64,000 nucleotides of DNA from Octopus sinensis. Taxonomy: Eukaryota. The translations under genes and the position numbers were made by a program. Below the pieces are notes generated by a model that saw only the letters and a program-made list of their open reading frames with translations, was not told where the DNA came from and did not search any database. This document shows positions 42,601 to 54,182 of the stretch, one piece after another. Each line of letters begins with the position of its first letter. The first letter of the stretch is position 1. The stretch spans positions 99,572,001-99,636,000 of the forward strand of contig NC_043000.1 in assembly GCF_006345805.1 (NCBI RefSeq), read 5' to 3'.

Positions 42601-42817
42601 GTTATATATATATATAAATCATCATGTTATATTAATATATATCATGGTATTTCTTCATTTGCGCATAACATACATATCTGTCTGTCTGTCCATCTGTCCT
42701 TCCCTTTATCCTTCTGTCCATCCTTCCTTCGGCCCCCCATCCGTTCATCTTCTGTCTATCTATCTGTCTACATAGATAGGAAGATAGATAATAAGTATTT
42801 ATAATAATTATATATAT

Positions 42818-42860
<43 letters not shown>

Positions 42861-43692
42861 ATACATAGTTCGTCCTGTGCCAGCACGGAAAGCAGACATT
42901 AAATAATGATAATAAATGAATATGTGTTCGCGTATGATATATACATATATATAATAGTTATGATATATACATATGGATAGGTAGGTAGGTACATAAATAC
43001 ATGGCGTGTATGTGTGTGTATGTGATATATAGATATAGACACAAGGTAGCTGTTGGATATTTTACAAGCCAATTAAAGAAGGCTGGCGAATTTTTGTGGG
43101 ACGTTCCTGCTGCAAAGCGCGCTGACTGGGCATGGAGTTATTTGCACAGCAAAGAGGAGGGTCATACGTTCCGTAAGCAATGCTGAATAGAAGGGCGCTA
43201 AATGTCTTTGGATAAAGTGGGAAGATTAGTGGTTCAGAGCAATTCCGAGGCAAGTTTGGACTGGCTGGGTCCTCTAACGTAGTGGGGCTAATGTTGAAAG
43301 TCCTGAAATCGACAACGAAATATCACTAATAAGTATATACATACGTATACGTGTGTGAGTGTTTGTGTATTGTGTGTATGTACGTATACATATGTGTATA
43401 TACATATATGTATGTATATATATATATAATATATATATCTATATATGTGTGTGTGTATATGTGTATATATATGTATATGTAATGTGTATATATATGTATA
43501 CCTATATATATATATATATTATATATATGTGCATACATATATGAATGCATATATGTTGTGTGTATATATATATATATTATGTGTATGTTTGTATATATGT
43601 ACATATATGTATATGTAATGTGTATATATATGTCTAAATATATATATATATATATATTTATATGTATGTGCATACATATATGAATGCATATA

Positions 43693-43748
<56 letters not shown>

Positions 43749-43749
<1 letters not shown>

Positions 43750-44361
43750 CAGGTCATTCCATAAGTTCTGTCCGATTTTACCGTTTTTAAAATTGAATTA
43801 AATTTAATAGTATTTTAGAATGTCTAACAGAATTAAAAGTTATTTTTATGCATTTGTGTGTATTTAAACTAATTAAATATTATTTTACAGAATAATGGAA
43901 TTAAAATTTCTTTGATTAAAACCCATTCTTACATGGAAGTATCCAAAGAGCATTTGAGGCACATAATGCTTTATGAGTACAAAAAAGGAAACTCTGCAGC
44001 CGAAGCGGCTCGAAACATGCTCAGTTTATGGGAAAGAATGCTTGAATGAAAGAACTTGCAGAAGATGGTTTGCAAAATTCAGAAGTGGCTTGGTATAAGG
44101 GAAAAAGCTCAAACACAACCGAGAAGGGAAATTCATGGGAAACAGGTTCTTCTCTATCTGGTGGGATTGCAAAGGAGTAATTCACTTTGAATTGTTTCCA
44201 CCTAATGCAACAATCAATGCTCAAGTCTATTGTCAGCAATTAGAATATTTGATCCAAGCTTTGAAGAAAAAAAAAAGACCTGCTTTAGTGAATTGAAAAG
44301 GAGTAATGTTTCATCTGGACAATGCGTGACCCCACACTGCAAAGATCACATCACAGAAGAC
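43749..44361 (+). pseudogene. internally deleted mariner element (left TIR + transposase fragments)
   Basis: After TA comes a TIR-like TCAGGTCATTCCATAAGTTCTG. ATG at 43933 gives MEVSKEHLRHIMLYEYKKGNSAAEAARN../VYGKECLNERTCRRWFAKFRSG, joined directly to ..WWDCKGVIHFELFPPNATINAQVYCQQL..MFHLDNA*PHTAK. The first catalytic Asp region and the right end are missing. Confidence 0.9.
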
Positions 44362-44469
44362 CTCGCTATAATAATAAAAAGTAAAATTAATTAATAAATT
44401 AATAATTAATAATTTTACCAAGTAGTTCGGTATGTTAAGAGAACCATTATTGGTAAACTTCTATAAAAT

Positions 44470-44616
44470 TTCTATAATTATGAGTATAATTATAATTAGG
44501 GTTCATCAAAATTTGCTTCACCACATACCGAAATTTTACCGAAATTTCTAAATTTCGGTATGTGGTGAAGCAAATTTTGTTGAACCCTAATTATAATAAT
44601 ACTCATAATTATAGAA
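44470..44616. repeat. near-perfect fold-back (67-bp arms, 13-nt spacer)
   Basis: 44470-44536 is the reverse complement of 44550-44616 with about 2 mismatches. Confidence 0.92.
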
Positions 44617-44863
44617 TGTTTGTGTATATATATATAGCTTAAAGATCCAATAGAAGTAGAATCAACAGAAGAAAGTACTCCATCCAGTGAGAGATAAATA
44701 TCAATGTAAATACAGATCTGAAAAAGCTACTAATAGTTTCATGTTATGATACTTGAATAGGCATGTCTATAAAATACGTCATGTATCTGAGAGGCATATT
44801 TTATAAATATGCCTGTTCAAGTAACATAAATGCATGAATCTATTAATACCTCTTGTGTGTGTA

Positions 44864-44922
<59 letters not shown>

Positions 44923-45138
44923 CATATATCAGTATTATAGAGGTATACATCCAAAATGAGAGAAGCAAAGGTGGAGACTTTGAACTGATGAACTATTAAG
45001 TACAAATATATAGATATTTATATTAATAGGTCCAACATACAGAGTACAAATGACAAAGAAAATTAAAGGGGTGGAAGAAATGTGTTATTTTTATATATAT
45101 ATATATTGTTTTTTCTCTCCTTGTTTTTTTCTGTGTCC

Positions 45139-45174
45139 CTTTCTGTAGAAGAGCATAGGTTCGAAACATAGAAG
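45139..45174 (+). ncRNA. decayed minimal type I hammerhead ribozyme motif
   Basis: CTTT-CTGTAGA-A-GAGC(ATAG)GTTC-GAAAC-AT-A-GAAG has the same architecture as 46735-46769, with core substitutions (CUGU for CUGA, AU for GU). Confidence 0.5.
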
Positions 45175-46098
45175 ACTTTTTCAATTCCTGAGCATTATAC
45201 TAATACATCTGTTTGTTTTATACACCATCTGTCTTCGTCTTTTGTTTTTTTCGTGAACTCGATTATTTGCATGATGCATTACAATATAGACACATCAACT
45301 CATTGGATGCCGTTGATTTTGCAGTGAGGTAAAACCAAGTGCCATGCATTGGTAGCAAGATAGTGTGCTGCAGGACTGTGTGTACATGTTTAAAATTTTA
45401 CATGAGAATGATGGATTTACGATATGATGTAATCTATGAGTGCATCAATAAAATCCTACCGAAACAGGTGTAGTAAATTTTAAACCCCTTTGTTTTCTAC
45501 TCTCTCTCTATATATATATGTATATACATTCACATACACATGTGGATACATTCATGGATACAAATATATATATATATATGTGGATACTTTCATGCATACA
45601 TATTTAATATATATATGCTCATACATAGATGTGGATACATTCAGGCATACATATATAATGTATATGTATATATGTTTGTGTGTGTCTTATGTGTATATAT
45701 ATATATATGCTGGCACTCAGTTATGATGATGAGAGTTCCATTTGATTTGATCAACTGAGCAGCCTGCTCATGAAATTAACGTGCAAGTGGCTGAGCACTC
45801 CACAGACATGTGTACCCTTAACGTAGTTCTCGAGAAGATTCAGCATGACACAGAGTGTGACAAGGTTGGCCCTTTGGGATACAGGTACAACAGAAACAAG
45901 AAGAAAGAGTGATAGTTGTGGTGAAAGAGTGCAGTAGAGTTTGCCACCACACCTGCTGGAGCTGGTGTTTTTGCTCACAACGCCTGGTCTGGGATTTGAA
46001 ACTGCGATCCTATGACCGTGAGTCTGCTGCTCTAACCACTGGGCCAGTGTGCCTCTATATATACACACACACACACACATATATATATCATATGTATG

Positions 46099-46144
<46 letters not shown>

Positions 46145-46164
46145 TATATATATAAATAAATAAA

Positions 46165-46431
46165 TAACAGAATGAGATAAAAAATCCAAGGCTGTGCAAG
46201 GTTTTAGAACATTTATAAAGAGAAGGTCTTACAGCTGTTTCCAGGGTGTTTTATATATCCCTCATCACTGTGTATTTCATATCTTCTCTATAATAACTAT
46301 TGCATCACCATTTTCTCACACTGTCCCTGATGAAGGGATATATAAAATATCCTGGAAACAGCTGTAAGACCTTCTCTTTATAAATGTTCTGAAATCTTGC
46401 AAAGCCTTGGATTCTTTATCTCATTCTGTTA
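46165..46431. repeat. fold-back element with ~103-bp arms and 60-bp spacer
   Basis: 46165-46267 is the reverse complement of 46328-46431 with under ~10 differences. Confidence 0.93.
46323..46370 (+). ncRNA. Penelope-type minimal hammerhead motif in the right arm of the fold-back
   Basis: GTCC-CTGATGA-AG-GGATAT(ATAAA)ATATCC-TG-GAAAC-AGCT-GTA-AGAC gives a CUGAUGA core, helix II, GAAAC, a palindromic helix III loop and a GUA site. Helix I has a closing mismatch. Confidence 0.6.
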
Positions 46432-46734
46432 ATTTTTTAAATATATGCATGCTAATATATGACCTATGTTGGACTCCTCATTTGTATTATCATCGAACCT
46501 GGAGCTTCTGTCCATAGCACTTACTCAGCATTACCTGACACCTTGGGTCTTTTTGACACCATTACCTTTCATAACCTATATACATATATAATATATATAC
46601 ATGTGTGTGTATGTATATATATGTATATATACATACACACACATGTATATATGCATTCAAAATGTGATCGCGTGTGTACCACTGGCGATTTTTTTTTTCC
46701 TCCTCTTCCCTTCTCTGGATCTTTCCTTTTCTAT

Positions 46735-46769
46735 GTTTCTGACGAAGAGCTCCGCTCGAAACGTTAAAC
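46735..46769 (+). ncRNA. minimal type I hammerhead ribozyme (core complete)
   Basis: GTTT-CTGACGA-A-GAGC(TCC)GCTC-GAA-ACGT-T-AAAC gives helix I GTTT/AAAC, CUGACGA, helix II GAGC/GCTC, GAAA, palindromic helix III ACGT and a GUU triplet. There is one extra A before helix II. Confidence 0.75.
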
Positions 46770-47019
46770 CCTCCTTCTCTTCCTTCCTCCTTCCTGAGCG
46801 TCCAATAATACTATATTTGTTCCATGTCCTCCATTGTTGTGTTTTCTCTTTGTGTTTTTCATGTTTGGATTAACTTTATAATATTATATATATATAAATA
46901 TGCGCACACCACATGCAAATATGTAATATATATATATAATATATGCGCACACACACATGCAAATATGTATATATATATAGATAATATGCGCACACACACA
47001 TGCAAATATATATTATATA

Positions 47020-48713
47020 TATATATAATATATACACACCTGCATACACACACCATACATGTATATATATATATATATACATGTAAGTACAGGTATAGGC
47101 TTTGTGGTGTGTGGCTTGCTTCCCAACCACGTAGTATCCGGTTAATCACACCGTGTGCACCCTTGGGTTAGTGTCTTCTACTGTACTCCTGGTTTACCAG
47201 ATCCTTATGAGTGGATTTGGTGATTAAAACTGAAAGTGGCCAATCATATAGATGTGTGTATGTATGTGTGTGTGTGTGTCTTTGTGACAAATGGTGTTGG
47301 TTTGTCTACCTCCTTACAATCTAGTGATTGGCAAAGAAGCTGATAGATTAAGCATCTTCTTAAAAAAATGTCCTTTTGTCACTTCGCTTCGCTTAGCTAA
47401 CGTCCTTCATGGCCAACCACGGCCATGATTGAAACCCTTAAGGATACCAGATATATATATATATAAAAGTCAGTGCTTCAGCATGGCACAGTCAAATGAC
47501 TGAAAGAAGTAAAAGTATATATATATCACACCGTGACTGACCAGGCTATCAGACGTTGCTACACATCGCTGGTCACATGTGCTTCGCATTTTTTTTAGCC
47601 TTCAAATGACGCCACCCCACTGGCTAAGCGAGCAGGCCAACAGAAGAAAGAGTGAGAAAAGTTGTGCAAAAGAGTACAGCAGGGACTGCACCCACCCCCG
47701 CCGGAGCCTCATGGAGCTTTAGGTGTTTTTCCTAATAACACTCACAAATGCCGCCCGGTCTAGGAATTGAAGCCGCAATCCTACGACCGCGAGTCCTCTG
47801 CACTAGCCACTGGGCCATTGCACCTCTACATATATATATATATATATATATATACTATACACACACACACTATGCATACATACACACTGTTAAATATATA
47901 TATATACACACCTGCATACACACACACATACATGTATATATATATATATAAATACATGTAAGTACAGGTATAGCTTTGTGGTGTGTGGCTTGCTTCCCAA
48001 CCACGTAGTATCCGGTTTAATCACACCGTGTGCACCCTTGGGTTAGTGTCTTCTACTGTACTCCTGGGTTGACCAGATCCTTATGAGTGGATTTGGTGAT
48101 TAAAAACTGAAAGTGGCCAATCATATAGATGTGTGTATGTATGTGTGTGTGTGTGTGTCTTTGTGACAAATGGTGTTGGTTTGTCTACCTCCTTACAATC
48201 TAGTGATTTGGCAAAAGAAGCTGATAGATTAAGCATCTTCTTAAAAAAAATGTCCTTTTGTCACTTCGCTTCGCTTAGCTAAACGTCCTTCATGGCCAAC
48301 CACGGCCATGATTGAAACCCAGTTAAGGATACCAGATATATATATATATATAAAAGTCAGTGCTTCAGCATGGCCACAGTCAAATGACTGAAAGAAGTAA
48401 AAGTATATATATATCACCGTGACTGACCAGGCTATCAGACGTTGCTACACATCGCTGGTCACAATGTGCTTCGCATTTTTTTAGCCTTCAAATGACGCCA
48501 CCCCACTGGCTAAGCGAGCAGGCCAACAGAAGAAAGAGTGAGAGAAAGTTGTGGCAAAAGAGTACAGCAGGGACTGCCACCCACCCCCGCCGGAGCCTCA
48601 TGGAGCTTTAGGTGTTTTCACTCAATAAACACTCACAACGCCCGGTCTAGGAATCGAAGCCGCAATCCTACGACCGCGAGTCCTCTGCACTAGCCACTGG
48701 GCCATTGCACCTC

Positions 48714-48720
<7 letters not shown>
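47020..48720. repeat. tandem duplication (~880-bp unit: SINE B + SINE A)
   Basis: 47020-47830 recurs at 47900-48720. The first copy shows many single-base deletions relative to the second. Confidence 0.9.
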
Positions 48721-48748
<28 letters not shown>

Positions 48749-48763
48749 TATATATATAATATA

Positions 48764-48801
<38 letters not shown>

Positions 48802-49817
48802 ACATGTATGAACATGTATATGTGTGAAAATGCGTTTATTTGCGAAAACAAAGCTGAGACTTAAATAGCAAACTCACTATCAAGCATAGACGTAGTGGTA
48901 TGTATTTTGTTTATTATTACCAAATAAATTAATTACTGGATCTTTCAACTATTTCTTAGTAATTAAAACAAATATCCCCCCTAATTCTGTGAAAGAATTA
49001 GAAGCCACAAATTATCAGTAATCAACATGTTTAATTATAATAAATACATTGAACGTACACACGTGTGTGTGTGTGTATGTATGTATATCTATTTATCTGT
49101 TTATATATCTGTTCATCTATCTGACTATCTGTCTATATCTGTCTATTTCTCTATCTATCCATCTATATCTTTATGTATATTTGTATGTGCATGTCTACAC
49201 ATGTGTGGTGCTTTTGCAAATTAAACGTGTAATTGCATTTGAGATACCCATCTTGCAAAGCGATAGCTTAATATACAAGCCTTCATTCATTCGTGCACTA
49301 AGTCATCCAGCCGGTTTGTCTGTCTGTTAGTCAGTCATTCTGTCATTCATATATTCATTCATTCTTCTTCATCTTCTTCATTCGTTCATTCTTCCATTCA
49401 GCAATTCAGTTATTCAGCCATTCATTCAGAGGTTCATATGCACTTAGCAAGCAGTAGTGTGCTGTACCTTTGCACTGCTGCTGAAAGTAAAAATAAAATA
49501 TGCATGTGCATGCACTCTAGATGTTCTTTTGATGTTCCCTCTACTCTTACACCTACCTACACCCGCTACACGCACACGTACACTCATACTTCCTCTTCCC
49601 TCTTCTCCCTCTTTGCCTCGCCTTTTTTTCTCTCTCCATCTGTCTCTACTGCCTTTCTCTCTGTCTCTATCTCTCTGTCATCAATAACTCTCATTTAAAG
49701 TGTACGAAAGATATAAATATGCATATTCTCACTTCCTCTATTTGCCTCTTTTCTCTCTCTCTCTCACACACACAAACATATCAAATGCTGTCATTCGCAG
49801 TGCAATGAGTACTTTGA

Positions 49818-50525
49818 AACTAGAACAATGGAACTGCAGCGCCATCATCATTAAGTGGTTTCATGGCATTGAAAACACACCATTCTGCAGACTCACCCAA
49901 TTTGATGTTGTGGACTATTATCCCTCCATCTCTTAACTCCTTCTGAAAGCGCTGGATCTTTGGAGCAAACTCACTATAATTAGTGACCTAGATACCAGAA
50001 TAATAATGAGGAATGCCAGGAGGTCACTGTTGTATTGCTACAATTCCTATTGCATTAAAAGAATGATGACTCTTTGTTCAGTGACTGCATAGGAAGGTAT
50101 GATGGATCGGAAATAAGTGATCTTGTGGGGTTGTTCATCCTTGATACTGCCACAGAATGAATCCTAATCGTCTCCCAGTGATAATTAGGAATCATGAAAC
50201 TAAAATAAGTACAAGTGTCTCTGATCTATCCTTCGATAGAGATACCTTGAACAAGATAACCTTGTGCTATAATGATAGGCTAAATACAAATGGCTTTATT
50301 TAGAAATTGATGTATGGACCCTCTCCTTCATTTGAACACATTTGAAAAGAACCAGTAAGAGGAATATAACCTAGTTTAATTCACCATTCAACTTTGGTGT
50401 GACCACTAATACAGCCAGATTTCTTACTTGTGTAAAGCAACATTCCCATTATCATTCAAATACAATAAACTTTTTGATATCAATAATATTGAAGTTAGCT
50501 ATTCCTGCCAAGACAATATGACCTC
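49818..50525 (+). pseudogene. Penelope-like element reverse-transcriptase remnant
   Basis: Fragments IKWFHGIENTPFCRLTQFDVVDYYPSIS, RNARRSLLY, YDGSEISDLVGLFIL, RNIT*FNSPF and KYNKLFDINNIEVSYSCQDNM parallel PLE RT motifs (FDIVxFYPSI, MGSYDGAExCELVG, IxWFNPP, KVSYSCMxN). Deleted and frameshifted. Confidence 0.85.
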
Positions 50526-50616
50526 TTAGACTACATGATACAATCAAAACAGACACCCAAACTTCTATAATGTGGCTACTGAAATTCCACCTGTCAACTT
50601 AAGGGATTCTGTCTTT

Positions 50617-52135
50617 CCAAACTGCATCTCATCTAGACTGACTCTCTCCCTAATTAGTTGGGCTACGACCCTCTCCGTAACCTTCATTACCTGATCCAAC
50701 AACTTGATACCTCTGTAATTATTTGTATCTAAAGCGTCACCTTTACCTTTGTAGCAGTTGACTATGGTGCTGCTACACCAGTTATTAGGTATGACTCCTT
50801 CATGTATCACTTGGTTAACTATACAGGTGACTAGGCTATAGCTGACACTGCCAGATATTTTGAGCATCTCTGCAGTGATTCCTGATGGGCTGGGGGGCTT
50901 TCCCTGTCTTCATTCCCTTAATTGCTTTATCTACCAAGGTACTGTGAATTTGGATAGCTGGTCCCTCTGTTGGATTGACATTCGGCAGACTTCTTTCTCC
51001 CATTCATTCTTTTTATTGAGCAACCTTTCATAGTGGCGTCCCGAAACCTCTCTCTTTGCAGCTTTGTTTAATGCAAGTGAACTGTCATCCATGCAGACAT
51101 ATTTCTCTCTTATGACATCATGATTCTCTCTCACACACTGTCTTGCAACACAATATACCTCAAGTCTTTGGTCCTCATGGCACAGAACATTGGCAAATTT
51201 TTTCTTATCTGCTTCCTCACTGGCTAAATAAACCTGTCTCCTAGCTTCCCTTCTGGCAGTCTGATACAGTTCCCTGCTACTACCATTCTTCCAGTCCTTC
51301 CAAGCCTGTTTCTTTTCTCTAATAGCCCTGTTAACAACATTGTTCCACCATCACATTACCTTGGGTCAAGAGGGGACTTTGCACCATCCACAGATCTGGT
51401 CAGTGGCCCTCGGCAGGTTGGCCTGTAGAAACCTCTAGTTGTCTTCCACATCATATCATATGTTATATCCCCTTCTATTTCATCAAAGGCTTCGAGTAAT
51501 ACATTTCTAAATCTCTGTCCATTTGTAGGATCTTTAAGCTTCCAGACCCATGCTGGTTGTCTTCTGGGCATCTATTTAGCCCTGATCCTGAAGTTGCTAA
51601 CTACTAGTCTATATTGTGGGGTATATTCTTTGCCTGAGAAGGTTTTGGCATTTATAAGCAGCCATCTTTCCCTTTTTCTGATGAGGATGTAGTAAATTTG
51701 ACTAGTGTGTCTGCCAGAATTGTAGGTGACTAGGTGACTGGCAGGTTTCCTGAAGTTAGTATTGCAAACCATAAGATTATTTGCATTGGAGAACTCCAGC
51801 AGCCTGGTTCCCTTCTCATTGCGGAAACCAAAACCATAGCCTCCATGTACGCCATAGAAATCCACTGTATGTTGTCCAACATGACCATTGAAGTGACCAG
51901 CCACAAAGGGAAGGTCCTTGTCATTCGTCAATGAGGTAGTCTGCAAGAGGGTATCATAAAATCGGTCTTTCTGTTCATGAGGTAGCCCCAGCTGAGGGGG
52001 CATAGGCCGAGATAATGGTTGCTAACCCATAATGAAGCACTAATCTAATCTTAAGTATTCTATCACAGACTCTGACAACCTTGATTAACTTATCAATCCA
52101 TTTCTCTGCAAGAAGTATACCCATGCCCCTGACCC
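50617..52135 (-). pseudogene. RTE LINE fragment (APE endonuclease to start of RT)
   Basis: Minus strand reads GMGILLAEKWIDK, IISAYAP.., VAGHFNGHVG, NTNFRKPASHLVTY, NWCSSTIVNCYKGKGDALDTNNYRGIKLLDQVMKVTERVVAQLIRERVSLDEMQFG. Frameshifted and truncated at both ends. Confidence 0.93.
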
Positions 52136-52454
52136 CATATATATATCATCATCATCATCGTTTAACATCCGCTTTCCATGCTAGCATGGGTTGGATGGTT
52201 GAAATTAAGAGTCGTATTTTCTATTGATTTCAAGTGTAGCAAAGGTAAGAGTAGAACCCCAGTATGACTGCAGCTCTTGGTCTGAATTTAATAAAAGAGG
52301 AAGAATATGTATGTATTTATATATATGTATATATTTATGCACATATATGTATATGTATGTGTTATATACATGTATGTGTCTATATATATATATATATTTC
52401 TGATACATATTTGTATGCATGCATATATATGTGTATGTATTAATACGTATACAA

Positions 52455-52520
<66 letters not shown>

Positions 52521-53753
52521 ATATAAGAGTGTATAAATATTCATCCATGGAGAGAAGACCACCATGTGGGCTTCTTACATGCTAAAGAAGGTAGTTAAAT
52601 CCCAAACCACGAAAAAAACATTCTCACTTGTGGCACATTGCCTGTAAGTGAGCAGGACTCTAAAACATTCTTTTTTATAGCACCTTGCTTATAATCGAGC
52701 AGGACACTCGAATGAGTGTCCCCTGGTCACTTATGAGCAATGTGAAGAATGTTTTTTTCATGGTTTGTGATTTGATATAAACCGCAACATCATTTAATGT
52801 CCATTTTCCAGAATCTGGCATGTTTTAGGGCTGCATCAAGCCTCATTATCAGCTTTGGCATGATCTCTATGGCTGGCTCCCTGTATGTGTTTATAGATGT
52901 ATTCATGCCTAGAAAGATAGATAGATTGATACTCTTTGTGATCCAAGAAAACATTTACATTATGCACATAAATATTTATGGTGAAAAATACCACTTTGCA
53001 CTCCGAAGATGGTTTTTGTGTCACATATACAAACACTTGTATCACCCTGCCCTGCATCTGTATATATGTATCCTGAATATTATTTTTCAAATTGCTATCT
53101 TTACTTTGATCTTCACTAAAACACTTTAGTAGCAACCTTTTGTCTGAGAAGAAAGTGTAGCTTAAAATTCTTAAAATTCATTTGAGTTTCATTAGGGCTA
53201 AATTGCAAACTATATCCTGAAATTAGTGGTCATACTCTACAGTTTTCATAAGCATGAAATCATGTAACCTGAGATATCTATAATGTAGGGGATGTCTGCA
53301 TTATAGTGAAAGGTAGGAGGTGTTGGTTACTCATGTTACTATCTGCTATCCATCCTGTCTCTTGCACTATCTCTCACTCTGTATCTCATCACCTTTCTCT
53401 CTCTGCATATCTGTCTGTTTTAGTCTCAGATGCTCATAAAACTTTTCTCTCCTGTACACGCTGAGGTTTGTTCACATATCTTGAATACTCCTCTTTTTTG
53501 TTGTTTCTCGTCATCTAATTTGCTGTTTCGGTGATTCTCTTAAAGGTCTCTTTCTCTCTCTTCCTCCCTTCTCTTTCTCCCCTATTGTCTTTGACTCTCA
53601 TCTCTCGATTTAAACAAATCCTGTACATGTATGTACACATGCATTTTTACTGCACACACACACACACACATACATACTAACAACTCATGTTGACACACAT
53701 ATATATACTCTGTTATCATACAAGTATACATACTAACATATTTATGATGATAC

Positions 53754-53783
53754 TTCATCTGTTGTCTGGTGATGACCCAGCAG
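53754..53783 (-). CDS. candidate 30-nt exon (or start of a terminal exon)
   Basis: TATTTTTTCTGCAG acceptor. Phase 0 reads LLGHHQTTDE up to a GTATCA donor, and phase 1 reads AAGSSPDNR*. Both are compatible with an open frame of the upstream candidate. Confidence 0.3.
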
Positions 53784-54136
53784 CTGCAGAAAAAATATTT
53801 TAAAAAATTAAATAAATAAATTAGAAAATAATGAAAAATGGAAGAAAAGCAATGCTCGTTTGTGTGTTCTGCTGTAACTGAAATGGCCTATTCTGGTGGA
53901 GAAATATTTGTCACAGACCACACACTGATGTTTACTAATACCAGAGTTGTTATGGTTTGATTTGTGAGGTTTCCTTTTTGGTCTCTACTATAGAGGTACA
54001 TAATTCAAAAACCTTCGAAACTCTAATACTTGCTTCCTTCTGTGCAGATTTGTCTTGATCAAGATCCGTTCCATGAGTTTGGGTTGATCTTGCTGGCTTT
54101 CATGGTTGCTTTCAGTATCATTTCTTTTACTCTTAC

Positions 54137-54182
54137 CTGATGCACCAACACTGCACCCTCCATTTCCAAACTCAGATTGCAA
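54137..54182 (-). CDS. candidate 46-nt exon
   Basis: GGTTTTTCAAATAACTTCAG acceptor and CAG|GTAAGA donor. Two frames are open: CNLSLEMEGAVLVHQ and LQSEFGNGGCSVGAS. Confidence 0.35.
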
